In this document: one piece after another, positions 25,840 to 36,798 of the stretch | Position numbering within the stretch: the first letter of the stretch is position 1 | Layout: every line of letters starts with the position of its first letter | NCBI GenBank assembly: GCA_964016885.1 | Contig: OZ024743.1 | Span: 369,024,001 to 369,088,000, forward strand | Reading direction: 5' to 3' | DNA length: 64,000 bases | Source: Eledone cirrhosa | Taxonomy: Eukaryota | Position numbers and translations under genes: made by a program | Notes under the pieces: generated by a model | Database searches by the model: none | Seen by the model: only the letters and a program-made list of their open reading frames with translations | What the model was told of the DNA's origin: nothing

Positions 25840-25892
25840 GGTGAATTAATTCTGTCTTAACTACTAATATTCGATATATATGTATATATATT

Positions 25893-27032
25893 CACACAGA
25901 AAACAGAACCCAGATCCCCTCAGGGAAATGGCCTTGCTCAGTATGTAGGAAAGGTGTAGGTAGGAACTCCATTCTTTGCCCCAAATGCAAACAATGGGTA
26001 CACAAGAGATGTAGCGGGATCTCAGGAAGCTTAATTAAGAATGTAGGATTCACATGCAGCAGCTGTGCTGAAACAGCAAGCAAACAGCCACAGGAAACAA
26101 GTACCACCAATCTCTGGGAGGGCCCTGTAGAAACAGTAGACAGCTTCTGCTACCTAGGTGACCGAATTAGCAACGGAGGTGGGTGCTCAGAAAGTACAAT
26201 AACTAGGGTAAGAACGGGATGGAAGAAGTTTAGGGAACTACTACCACTGCTAGCTGCAAAAGGCTTCTCCCTCAGAATGAAAGGCAGACTGTATGATGCG
26301 TGTATCCGAACAGCGATGTTGCATGGTAGTGAGACCTGGGCGCTGAAGGTGGAAGACTTACGTAGATTAGAGAGAAACGAAGCCTGCATGCTCCGATGGA
26401 TGTGTAACAGTAATATACGTGAACGACAAAGCATAAATGAATTGAGAGAGAGACTGAGCATAAGAGGAATCAAATGCTGCGTGCAGGAGAGGCGGTTACG
26501 CTGGTATGGACATGTGATGCGTATGAAGGATGACAGCTGCATAAAAAGGTGCAGAGCACTAGAAGTTGATGGAAACCGCGGAGTGGGGAGACCCAAGATG
26601 ACTTGGGATGAGGTGATAAAAGCCGACCTTACCCAACTACACCTCTCAAAGTCAATGACACACGACCGTGACTTCTGGCGTCACGCAGTAATACAGGGTA
26701 CCCGACCTCCCATGGGTACATGCTGAAGCATATAAACAATATGCCCCCCCCCCCCCCCCCACCGCAAGGTGGTCGTGGAGGTGCCACGGCAAAAAAGCAC
26801 CCAGCCCACACTGTAAAGTGGACGTGTAGGCGCCACGAAAAAGCACCCAGCACTCACTGTAAATGAGGTTGGTGTTAGGAAGGGCATCCAGCTGTAGAAA
26901 TCAAGCCAGATCAGTTCCTGTATGAGCAAGGCATGGTCAGCCGACCAGACACTGCCCACAACAGGACAACCCGTCTAACCCATGCTAGCGTGGAAGAACG
27001 GACGTAAAACGGTGATGATGATGATGATGATG
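25893..27032 (+). mobile_element. Young 5'-truncated RTE LINE (PHD-like finger, RT C-terminus, 3' UTR, (TGA)n tail)
   Basis: Uninterrupted frame from about 25893 to 26726: KWPCSVCRKG...VETVDSFCYLGD...KGRLYDACIRTAMLHGSETW...RRLRWYGHVMR...GRPKMTW. Confidence 0.9.
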
Positions 27033-27269
27033 ACACACACTAACAGTACTCATAAAAAATGACGAGATTTTTAGTAAAAATAGTTCTTCTTCTTCTTCTC
27101 CTCCTCCTTCTCCCACTTATTCCAGTGAGTCCTGTTAAAAGCAATCATTTACAATTGATTTGGCAGGAAGCCCAAGCTAGTCAAACCAAGCTCATGGATG
27201 TTATCCAACCAGCTTGCTTGGGGATCTACCCCTGGGTCTTCTGTATGTTTCATAAAAATAGTTAATTAA

Positions 27270-28900
27270 TGGAAATTTCTTCTTTGTATTTTAGAAAGTG
27301 CTTTATTTCTGAGCATATCTTAAAAATTGGAAAATCGTGAATTTTCCCATTCTGCATTCTGCAAAGTGTTCGCTGCATGTAATGTTTCTGACAGCGGGTC
27401 CCTAATTTGTTGTTTATGGACCCTTACTCTGTCATTTTGTCTTGTTCCAGTTCCTCTAATATAGTATTCTCTACACTGTGGCCTGGTAGCACAATAGATG
27501 AAGTTACTCAATTTTTAACTCATACTTGCATTGGTTTTAAAAATCTCATTGTTTTCAACATTTATTTTTCCACCCTCTTCAACATATTTGCAAGTTCTGC
27601 ATCAAATGTCACTGCATTTTTTGAACTTGCAGTATTTTTTTTCTGATGTGAATCTTGCCTTAGTAATTTCTTTAAATTAGGTGAGATGGACGTTAATTGA
27701 TGATGATGATGTTAGGTATTTGGTGACTACTATAAACTATGCATAATTCTTTTATGAGTTTATTCATTTTGGGGTACTGTTGGAGAATTGGGAGGTAAAA
27801 TTTAGCAGCATTCAGAATATTATAGTTACTAGGATTGTGAGTGATGACAAAAGGGGTAATTGCATTTTCCTTTTTATTTTGTTTGTTTTGTTTTCTGAGT
27901 ACTGTTCAGAATACAGCTTCAATTCCTAAATTGTGCAGAATATTGGTGTATAGACTTGTGACATCAAAGCTAACTAGAACCATTTCTTGGTGTATTTTGG
28001 GGGGGATATAATTCAAGAAGTCCATATCATCTCTGATGAAGCTTGGTACCTTTTTACATAAAGGTTTTAGTATTACATTTAATAGGTTGCTTAGACATTG
28101 TGTGCTTAATGCTTGACTGGCAATAATTGGTCATAGTTTTAAGTCTGTAGATTTTGGTATTTCGACGTATGCTGTCTGTTTACCTTTTTCATTGTTTTGT
28201 ATTTTCGGCAATCCATGGAAATTACTGGTTTTATTTCAAAGTTGGTTAAGTAATATACTTGACTTTGTGTTAGGTTATTCTGATATTTTGGAGTCAGTTT
28301 ACCTACTTGGATCATAGATTTTCTCTCTTCGCTTTTGTTGATTTTCATATAGAAGCCTTCATCATTTAGTTGTTCTAAGACCATATCCTTGCAGTTATTT
28401 TTGTCCATCATTACAATTGCTCTGCACTTGTCACCTTCTTTTATATTTATCAAAAAGTCTTTCTGTAAGTTGTTTAATGCTAGCAGTTGGTCTTTAGTTA
28501 TGTTAGATTTATAGTTCAATTCTGCAATATTTGACTGTACTGATCGTCATAGACAAGATATGTATTCTTTCAAGTGTTTGTCTCTATTTACCAGAGGTTT
28601 GAAACTCTTTTTTGTTTTTGATTAAAGATTCATCCTCACATTTTACATTCTGTAAGATTTCTCTTAAACATAATTTTCAATAAAATTCCTCTGTGTCATT
28701 GATGAGATCAGCTTAGTTCGGTTTTCGGGTAGGTGTAAATTTTAGTTTAATTTCCTGTTGTGTTAATATTTTGTTGGCTAGATTAATTATTTTCAATGTC
28801 TGTTTATAATTGAAAGTTTGGGTTTCTTTGATCACTGGATGAATTTTTTTTTTTTCTTTTTGTTGCGTGAGAGTCCTTCATTCCTTTTTTATATCTATGA
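27270..28900 (-). mobile_element. Degenerate, internally deleted Penelope-like ORF (RT N-terminus plus GIY-YIG)
   Basis: SNITKDQLLALNNLQKD..INIKEGDK (Penelope IKxADKG motif), PSFIRDDMDFL, and C-terminal NFIYCATRPQCREYYI...RVRVHKQQI. Confidence 0.8.
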
Positions 28901-28973
28901 TTTTTCCAGATCAATTGTCTCCCCAGCCACACACCCAGGCTCCCCCCCCCCTCTCTCTCTCTGTTTATATATA

Positions 28974-29843
28974 CGAGGTGTGTCAGAAAAGTTCCAGGAC
29001 TGATGTCACAAAAGATTTATTTCAAACCCAAACTTCACACTAAGAGTTTTCTCCTTCAAAGTAATCCCCCTGGAGTATGTAACTGTAATCTTAGCTCTCT
29101 GCAGCGATCAAACTTTTTTCTTCATAATTTTATATACATGTCCTCTGTTTCAGGTCGTCAAGCAATGAACACAGAGCAACGAACAAACTTGAAAGCTCTG
29201 TCAGAAGCACTGGGATTGCTGCAGCAAGTGTATGGAGATAAGACGATGTCACACTCACGTGTTTTTGAGTGGTGCAAGAGGTTTAAAGAAGGACACGAGG
29301 ACGTGGAAGATGACTCCAGGAGCGGAAGGCTCTCAACAACCAGGACTGAGGTCAACGTTGAGCACGTCAGGCAGATGGGGCGTAGCGATCGTCAGCTGAC
29401 TGTTCGACTGGGACAGCATCTGGAAGATTCTCACTGAAGATTTGGACATGCGGAAAGTCTGCGTGAAGATGGTGCCAAAACTGCTGAATGATGACCAGAA
29501 GGGTCAACGCATACAAGTGTGCCAGGACATCCTCGAGCATCTTGAAACCGAACCAGACTTGCTAGGGACAGTCATCACCGGTGATGAGTCATGGATCTTC
29601 GAGTACGACCCAGAGGGGACCTATTTTGAAGACGTGGATGACATCAAAAAGGCCGTGATGACAGAACTATGGAGGATCCCGGAAGAATCCTTCCAGGAGT
29701 GCATGCAAGCGTGGCAGAAAAGGATGGAAAAGTGCATTAGACTCCAGGGGGCTTACTTTGAAGGAGAAAATTCTTAGTGTGAAGTTTGGGTTTGAAATAA
29801 ATCTTTTGTGACATCAGTCCTGGAACTTTTCTGACCCACCTCG
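28974..29843 (+). mobile_element. Mariner transposon, internally deleted, about 103-bp TIRs, TA target duplication
   Basis: TA|cgaggtgtgtcagaaaagttccaggactg ... cagtcctggaacttttctgacccacctcg|TA; HTH VFEWCKRFKEG..DDSRSGR, MRKVCVKMVPKLL, VITGDESWIFEYDPE, C-terminal GAYFEG. Confidence 0.93.
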
Positions 29844-30468
29844 TATATATATATAAATCGAAGTTGTAGCAGATACCAATCAAATTGTTTGAGATAGTTA
29901 CAAAGCACTCAAAGGTGCAAAAAGTTAATAAATTTTTGTCCAGAGTAAACCCAAATTAAGAAAGTCTGACACCAAGAAAAGTGTCCAAATGCATGTGGCC
30001 ATATTTACAACAGTTTGACAATTGCTGCTGAATGTAAGAAAGTTCCCCCACTGAAGTTAACAAAGACTTACAAGGACTAATAACAAAAATATTTCATTAT
30101 AAAACATTAGATTATTAAAGTATACCAACAACCAGTGAAATCATTCTTCTCTTTTTCCAAATATATCATACTATACAAGAAATTCCCTCATTTTCCACTA
30201 TGTATATATAGCCCACACTGTAAAGTGGTCATGTAGGAGTCATGACAAAAAGCATCCAGCACACACTATAAATGTGGTCGTGTAGGAGTCACAACAAAAA
30301 GCACCCAGCACACACTGTAAATGTGGTTGGCATTAGGAAAGGCATCCAGCTGTAGAAATCTAACCAGAAACAGTTCTATATGTGCAAGACACAGTCACCT
30401 GATCCGACTTGCCTCTAATTCATGTTAGCATGGAAAATGGTTGTTAAACAATGATGATGAGGATGATG

Positions 30469-30499
<31 letters not shown>

Positions 30500-30502
<3 letters not shown>

Positions 30503-31040
30503 GTTGCATTGGTATGGACATGTGATGTGTATGAAGGATGATAGCTGCATAAAAAGGTGCAGAGCACTAAAAGTTGATGGAAGCCATGGTGTGGGGAGGC
30601 CCAAGATGACCTGGGACGAGGTGATAAAAGTGGTTCTTGCCCAACTGCCCTCTCAACGGTGATGACACAGGAAGATGACCTCTTGCCTCACGCAGTAATA
30701 CAGAAGGCCCGACTTCCCACGGAACAAGCCGAAGCCGAAGCATATAGACAATCTGCCCCATCCCCTCCCACTGCAAAGTGGTCGTGGAGGTGCCCCAGCA
30801 AAAAAGCACCCAGCCCACACTGTAAAGTGGACGTGTAGGCACCATGGAAAAAAAGCACCCAGCACTCACTGTAAATGAGGTTGGTGTTAGGAAGGGCATC
30901 CAGCTGTAGAAATCAAGCCAGAATCAGTTCCCGTATGAGCAAGACAAGGTCAGCAGACCTAACATTACCCACAACAGGACAACTCGTCTAACCCATGCTA
31001 GTGTGGAAGAATCGACATAAAACAATGATGATGTGATGAT
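30500..31040 (+). mobile_element. RTE LINE 3' end
   Basis: RLHWYGHVMCMKDDSCIKRCRALKVDG...GRPKMTW; 3' UTR near-identical to 26727-27032. Confidence 0.85.
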
Positions 31041-31088
31041 GATATATATATATATAGAAGTGATTACACAACAGTTAGTTCACCATAC

Positions 31089-31126
31089 CGAGGACAATTG
31101 TTTCACCTTAGCAGATCCTCAGCTCA
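31089..31126 (-). ncRNA. Minimal type I hammerhead (CUGAGGA)
   Basis: Minus strand: tgag CTGAGGA tct-gctaa-ggt GAAA caattg TC ctcg; GUC triplet. Confidence 0.7.
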
Positions 31127-31606
31127 TAATGGACATGGTTATATGGAACAGGAAGGACAACCGTACGAACATGCATGCGTAGAAATGATCACTTCACACA
31201 GGCAATACTAAAATGCGTGCGAGAGGTGTAAGGGAGATAACTGGCTCGCGAGTTTTGTGGATGAACGTCTGTCTGAGTACCTAAAGGTCGACTGGTGGTT
31301 CAGGAAGCGTTCCTTAAATCGACACTCCGCCATACTCACATAGGCTTTGACCTCCTGTGGTTGATTTGGTTGGTTGGAAGTGACCACAGCTTCATAAATT
31401 ACAGCGGGTGTGTTGCATTGTTGTTGAAGGAGACAAGCTTCGGGCTTACGGCAAGAGCACCCTGGTGGGGTGTTGCTCTTAGGGCTGTTGGTGATGTGGG
31501 CCTTCATGTTCTTAGTGCATTTTAGTATTGCCTGTGTGAAGTGATCGTTTCTACGCATGCGCGTTCGTACGGTTGTCCTTCCTGTTCTGTATAACCATGT
31601 CCATTA

Positions 31607-31644
31607 CAAGCTGAGGATCCGCTAAGGTGAAACAATTGTTCTCG
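31607..31644 (+). ncRNA. Minimal type I hammerhead (CUGAGGA)
   Basis: caag CTGAGGA tcc-gctaa-ggt GAAA caattg TT ctcg. Confidence 0.65.
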
Positions 31645-32275
31645 GTATGGTGAACTAACTGTTGTGTAACCACTTCTACCTAACTCGTCCCATGCACTGA
31701 GTGCTCTACCACTACAGATATTACCTTCCAGTGTTCTACCACTATATATATATATATGTTTATATATATATATATGTATGATTATGTCATTTATTTTGTC
31801 TGACCTGTTTAGCTTGACTTGTTTTTTGGCTTAGGTGGTTAATGCCTTCTTGACCGCCTCCTCAGTTTGTATGGCGTTTATAACCTATGTTTATAGCCCT
31901 GGTTTTTTAGCCATTGAAGCGCTTGCCAGCATGACTCTGAATTTGCGTTACGTTTCGCTTTTTCTACCCGCCAAAATGCGATTCTCACTGAATTTATATT
32001 TATATATATATATATATAGAGAGAGAGATTCTGGTATCCACCTGTTTATGGAAAGAGGGGGTCAATAACGTTGTTAGAACTCCATGCAGAAATAAAGAAA
32101 TGCTTTCAATGAAATCATGCGGTGAGAGCTATAGTCTTTGTTGTAAGCTTCCACTGTATAAGCTTCGAATGGAGATTCTAATCAAGCTATAGAATCATAT
32201 ATATATGATATACTATATATATATATTCATTAGGAAAACAGAAGGCTGAACTGGAATATATACTTAAGAATTTTA

Positions 32276-32370
32276 ATTCTGCGAAAGCACTATACATATT
32301 TGATGACCCAGCTCTATCATCTGAATATGATACAAGACTAGGCGATTTCATCAGGTGTTATTTGCAGAAT
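32276..32370 (-). ncRNA. Degenerate hammerhead (GAAA>CAAA) with long stem II
   Basis: Minus strand: attctgc aaataa cac CTGATGA ...gcctag..tatcat-attcag-atgata..ctgggt.. CAAA tatgta TA gtg cttt cgcagaat; flanks resemble 45960-46080. Confidence 0.55.
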
Positions 32371-32820
32371 TACATCACAGGATTACGTTGAACCCAAACT
32401 CAGAATAGAAGATAGGAGACAGAAAAAAATAGAAGATAGAAAATTTGATTCAGGGACAGCCTGCCAATATGGTGTTATATTGTTAGCAGACCATGCTTGT
32501 CACTCTCCCAGCAGCCAGCTTGTCATTCCTCAAGGCTTCTCCTTCAACCATACAAACACACCTTCCCATGCACACATATACACGCACTTGCATGCAGACA
32601 CACAGACACACACACCAACACACGCATGCATACTCACTAAGGATTAGTTATCTCTCTTTGTAAACCTCTTTTACACTGAATTTACCATTCCCCAACCACT
32701 CTCCAAGACGGCCAACTGAATACACATGGGTGTTTTTTTTCTCTCCATTTTTTCCCCATTTTCCCCATTCCTTACTTGCTCCAGTCTTGACTTTCTATCT
32801 ATCTTATGTTTCTAACTCTA

Positions 32821-32856
32821 TCTTCTGATGAAGGACTAGTGTCGAAAACATTAAGA
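32821..32856 (+). ncRNA. Minimal hammerhead motif in pLTR-like fragment (about 32700-32935)
   Basis: tctt CTGATGA aggac-tagt-gtc GAAA aca TT aaga; homologous minus-strand copy at 57585-57620. Confidence 0.55.
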
Positions 32857-33016
32857 CTCTCTTCCTGCTATTTCAACTAATATATTTCATCCATGTACTG
32901 TGCTATTTGTTTTGATATTTTTGTTATTACTTTTAAATATATATATATATCATCATCATCATCATCATATATATATATATCATCATCATCATCATCATAT
33001 ATATATATATATATAT

Positions 33017-36000
33017 CAAGGCTCCAGTTCGGGAGTTCAGGGGCTGTGGGGAATGTGGAGTTACCCCTTAGTTATCATTACTCCCAGGTCTGCTCTGGCC
33101 CGGAGTAGTAGTACCTGTTAGGGCCCCATTTCTGGGTTAAATAACTACCTTATTCGAGTGGTGCTGGTAAGGTATTATCAGCCACTGAAAAGAAATATGG
33201 AGAGTCTATCTAACAGCACTAGGGTTAGAGCCCCTAACTACACCGTCAAGGAGCAGTCTGGTCATTATGACTCTGCTGGCTTAGAGCCACAGGGAGGGCC
33301 AGTGGATGATGGATCAGCTGTCTCTGAGACAAATATAAAGAATGCAGTTTTGTCCTGCAAAAGAGCCATCAAAATGGCACTTTGAATGTGAGGACTATTT
33401 GGACGCTGGAGAAGAGAGAGGAGTTGGGTCATCTGTTCGAGAAGAGTGGTATACAGATACTTGCAGTCCAAGAACACAGGATCCTACACAATGAGCCAGT
33501 GAGGAGTGTGATGATTGGGAAGATGAGCCAGCTCATCACCACATCAGCAGCAGTGAGGAACATGACCAATGCTGCAGTTGGAGGAGTGGGTTTTGTTTTC
33601 AGCACAAAAACCAGTCTATTGGTGAGGGAAATAATGCCTGTCTTCCCACGAGTGTTGAGGGTGACCTTCAATGGAAACCCAAGAAAGACAGTCATCTCAG
33701 CCTATAGTCCAACCGAGGGAGACAGTGATGTGAGTGCGGAAGAGTTCCATGAGGAGGTGTGTAGAGCTGTCAACACCACTCAGGCACACAATATCCTGCT
33801 TGTTTTGGGGGACTTCAATGCACATCTGAGTAAGGAGGGCAGTGAAGATCCTTGCTGGTACTTCCATAACAACACCAACCGAAATGGAATACTACTGAGA
33901 GACACCCTGCTGGAAGCGAACTTGATAGCGACCAACCTAGGGTTTAGGAAGAATCCGGGGAAGATGTGGACCTACATCTCAGATATGCACCTGTCCCAAC
34001 TCCCAGATTGATTTCATTCTGGTGAGGAAAAAGTGGCGGAATAGTGTTCTGAACACAGAACCATACAACTATTTCAGTAGACTGGGTATGACCACTGGCT
34101 TGTTATGAGTGAGGTCCGGGTGAGCTTACAAAAGAGCAAGGCTTGGCCCCGGAGAGCAATCTATGACTGGGGAGCTTTCAAGGAAGATGATAAGCTACAG
34201 GAGAGGTTCAAAGTGGAAGTGAGGAACAAGTTCAGTGCTCTGTGTGGAGAGGCAGAGGAGAGAGAGATTGGAGGGACTGAGGAGAGTGTGACGAGGAGGT
34301 ACAGGTACTTCACCAGTGCAGTGGCGGAAGCAAGTGAGACCCTGGTGCCAAGGAGAGATAACAAAAGGAAGCACGTCAGCTCTGCAGACCCAAAAGTGTG
34401 TGCAGCCAGAGAACACCTGAAAGCTGCCAAGGACCAATTCTATGCTGATCCTACGGAGGAGAGGAAGGAGAATGTGGAATTGATGAGGAAAGAACTCTGT
34501 ACTGCTTACACTGAGGCCAGAGATGAGGCACTGATAGAGAAGATCAGAAGTGTGGAGAGAGCGGTTGACAGATCTGGATGTAAGGAGAGCTGGATGATCA
34601 GCAACGAGATCACAGGGAGGAAGAGAAGGTGTTCGAGTTAGATCCAGGGAACACGGCCCAAGGATAGGAAGGGAAAATGGCTAGACCATTTTAGGACCCT
34701 ACTAGGAGAGCCGCCCTCCACAGCCCAGAACACTGGGGAGATCAGGCGGCTGTTTGAAGAATTGGATATTGAGACAGAACCCTTCACCAGAGAGGAGCTT
34801 CAGAGAGCCAAGAAGAAGATAAAGGAGGGCAAGGCTCATGGAGAAGGTGGAGTGGCATCAGAGGTGATGAAGAGGTGTGATTTTGATGATATCATCCTGG
34901 GGTTCTGTAACCTGGCACTGGAGAAGGGAGTTGCCCCCGAATCAGTGGAGGATCAGTAGCATCGTCCCAGTGCCAAAGAAGGGAGATCTCTCTAACACCA
35001 ACAATTACAGGGGGATCTCACTGACGTCACTTGTGGCAAAGACCCTCAACAGGATGATTCTTAACAGGATCCAGCCTGAGATGGAGAAGAAGCTCAGGGA
35101 CAACCAGAACGGCTTCAGAGAGGGAAGATCAACCACCAGTCACATCCTGATGCTGAGGAGGATATTAGAGGGAGCTAGAGCAAAGTGCCTTCCTGCAGTC
35201 ATGGTTTTCATTGACTTTAGGAAGGCCTTTGATTCTGTGGACCATCACTGCCTGATGAAGATCTTACAGGCTTATGGAATCCCCAAGAAGATAGTTGACC
35301 TGATATCACTGCTCTACACCAACACCAAAGCCCAAGTCATTACACCTGATGGAATGACAGAGTTCTTTGAGATACTGGCTGGAGTGCTCCAGGGAGATAC
35401 ATTGGCTCCCTACCTTTTTATCATCGTAGTGGACTATTGTATGTGCCTTGCACTGGAGAAACACCAGGACTCTGGCTTTACTGTAGCACCGGCTCAGAGC
35501 AGGAGAGTTAAGGTGAAAAAGATATCAGATGCTGAATTTGCCAACAACATAGTTTTGGTGACAAATACAGTGAAGGAGGCAGAGGATTTGATGCAGGAAG
35601 TTGAGACTGTGTTGATGAGTGTGGGGCTGAGAATGAATGAGACTAAGACAAAATGTCTGGTAGAAAATGTTGAGAAGCCAGAGGGATCACTAATGTAGGC
35701 GGGAAGCCGCTAGAATTGGTTGTGGACTTCCTGTATTTGGGAACAAAGATTGGGAATACAGAAGATCATGTGGTCGAGAGGAAGGGCAAAGCCTGGGCGG
35801 CATGCCCCAGTTTGAGATCGGTGTGGAAGTCGGACCTTCGTGCAGACCTGAAGATCCGCCTCTTCATTGCTGTAGTGGAGTCTGTGCTGCTGTATGGGTC
35901 TGAGACTTGGATACTGACCAAGAAACTCACTCAGATGGTGGATGGGTGCTACACGAGAATGCTGAGGATGGCTCTGAACATTAATCAGTATACACTGAGG

Positions 36001-36333
36001 ATGAAAAACTCAGAGCTGTACGGGAGCCTCCCAAAAGTCAGTTCGAGAGTAGCCCAGAGGAGACTGAGGTTAGCTGGACGTGCTCACCGACATCCAGAGT
36101 TGACACTGCACTCAGTGCTCCTGTGGGAGCCCCTACATGGACACACTAGAAGAGGAAGACCAAGGTATGTTGATACCCTAAGGACAGACACTGGTCTGTT
36201 GGAGACGCAGGACATGGCAGCGATAATGAGGGACACTGGTCTGTTGGAGACGCAGGACATGGCAGCGATAATGAGGGACAGAGACCGCTGGAGTGAACTC
36301 GTTCATGGATCTCGGGAATTTTACCCGCCCTAG
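33017..36333 (+). mobile_element. Near full-length RTE-group LINE (APE plus RT), inactivated
   Basis: APE motifs NVRT, ILAVQEHR, SAYSPT, LVLGDFNAH; RT motifs NNYRGISL, QNGFREGRST, FIDFRKAFDSV, GVLQGDTLAPYLF, with YADD degenerated to FANN; several stops and frameshifts; 45-bp in-frame duplication ([15 protein letters not shown] x2) near the 3' end; sits in (TA)n. Confidence 0.92.
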
Positions 36334-36338
36334 ATATG

Positions 36339-36419
<81 letters not shown>

Positions 36420-36425
36420 GTTTTG

Positions 36426-36470
36426 ATTGCCCTGATGAGTCCTTAATAGGACGAAACATTGTCAGCTAAT
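36426..36470 (+). ncRNA. Type I hammerhead (classical CUGAUGAGUCC...GGACGAAAC)
   Basis: attgcc CTGATGA gtcct-taat-aggac GAAA cattg TC agctaat; GUC triplet; stem I has a probable CpG-decay mismatch. Confidence 0.78.
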
Positions 36471-36743
36471 AAAAACTTTTGATGTATTAAAGGATTCTTT
36501 GTTTTACTCTCTTAATTTTTTGGCTCTGTTTAACTGCATTGAGCTATACCTTTTACTGTCATTTCTATAATACGAAGAGCGTGTTTGACTCAAACACGCT
36601 CCAGTATTCTAATCCTTATATATATATATATATATAGGAACGAGTAGGACCCCGACGGCTGAGCTCAACCCGTTTTGACGGTATTGAGTATTGAGTACTT
36701 TGGTGCGTTATGGTCCACCTGGTTCCTTACCACATTTCCTTCG

Positions 36744-36798
<55 letters not shown>

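Larger units (their letters stand above)
31056..31742. mobile_element. Penelope-like element: inverted pLTRs around an antisense GIY-YIG fragment
   Basis: About 160-bp inverted arms (31056-31216 vs 31517-31678); minus-strand CSCRKPEACLLQQQCNTPAVIYEAVV...AYVSMAECRFKERFLNHQSTF; flanked by (TA)n. Confidence 0.85.

Noticed and set aside
28033-28060. CTGATGA motif
   Set aside because: It is the antisense of Penelope RT coding sequence (PSFIRDD) and has no GAAA or stems.
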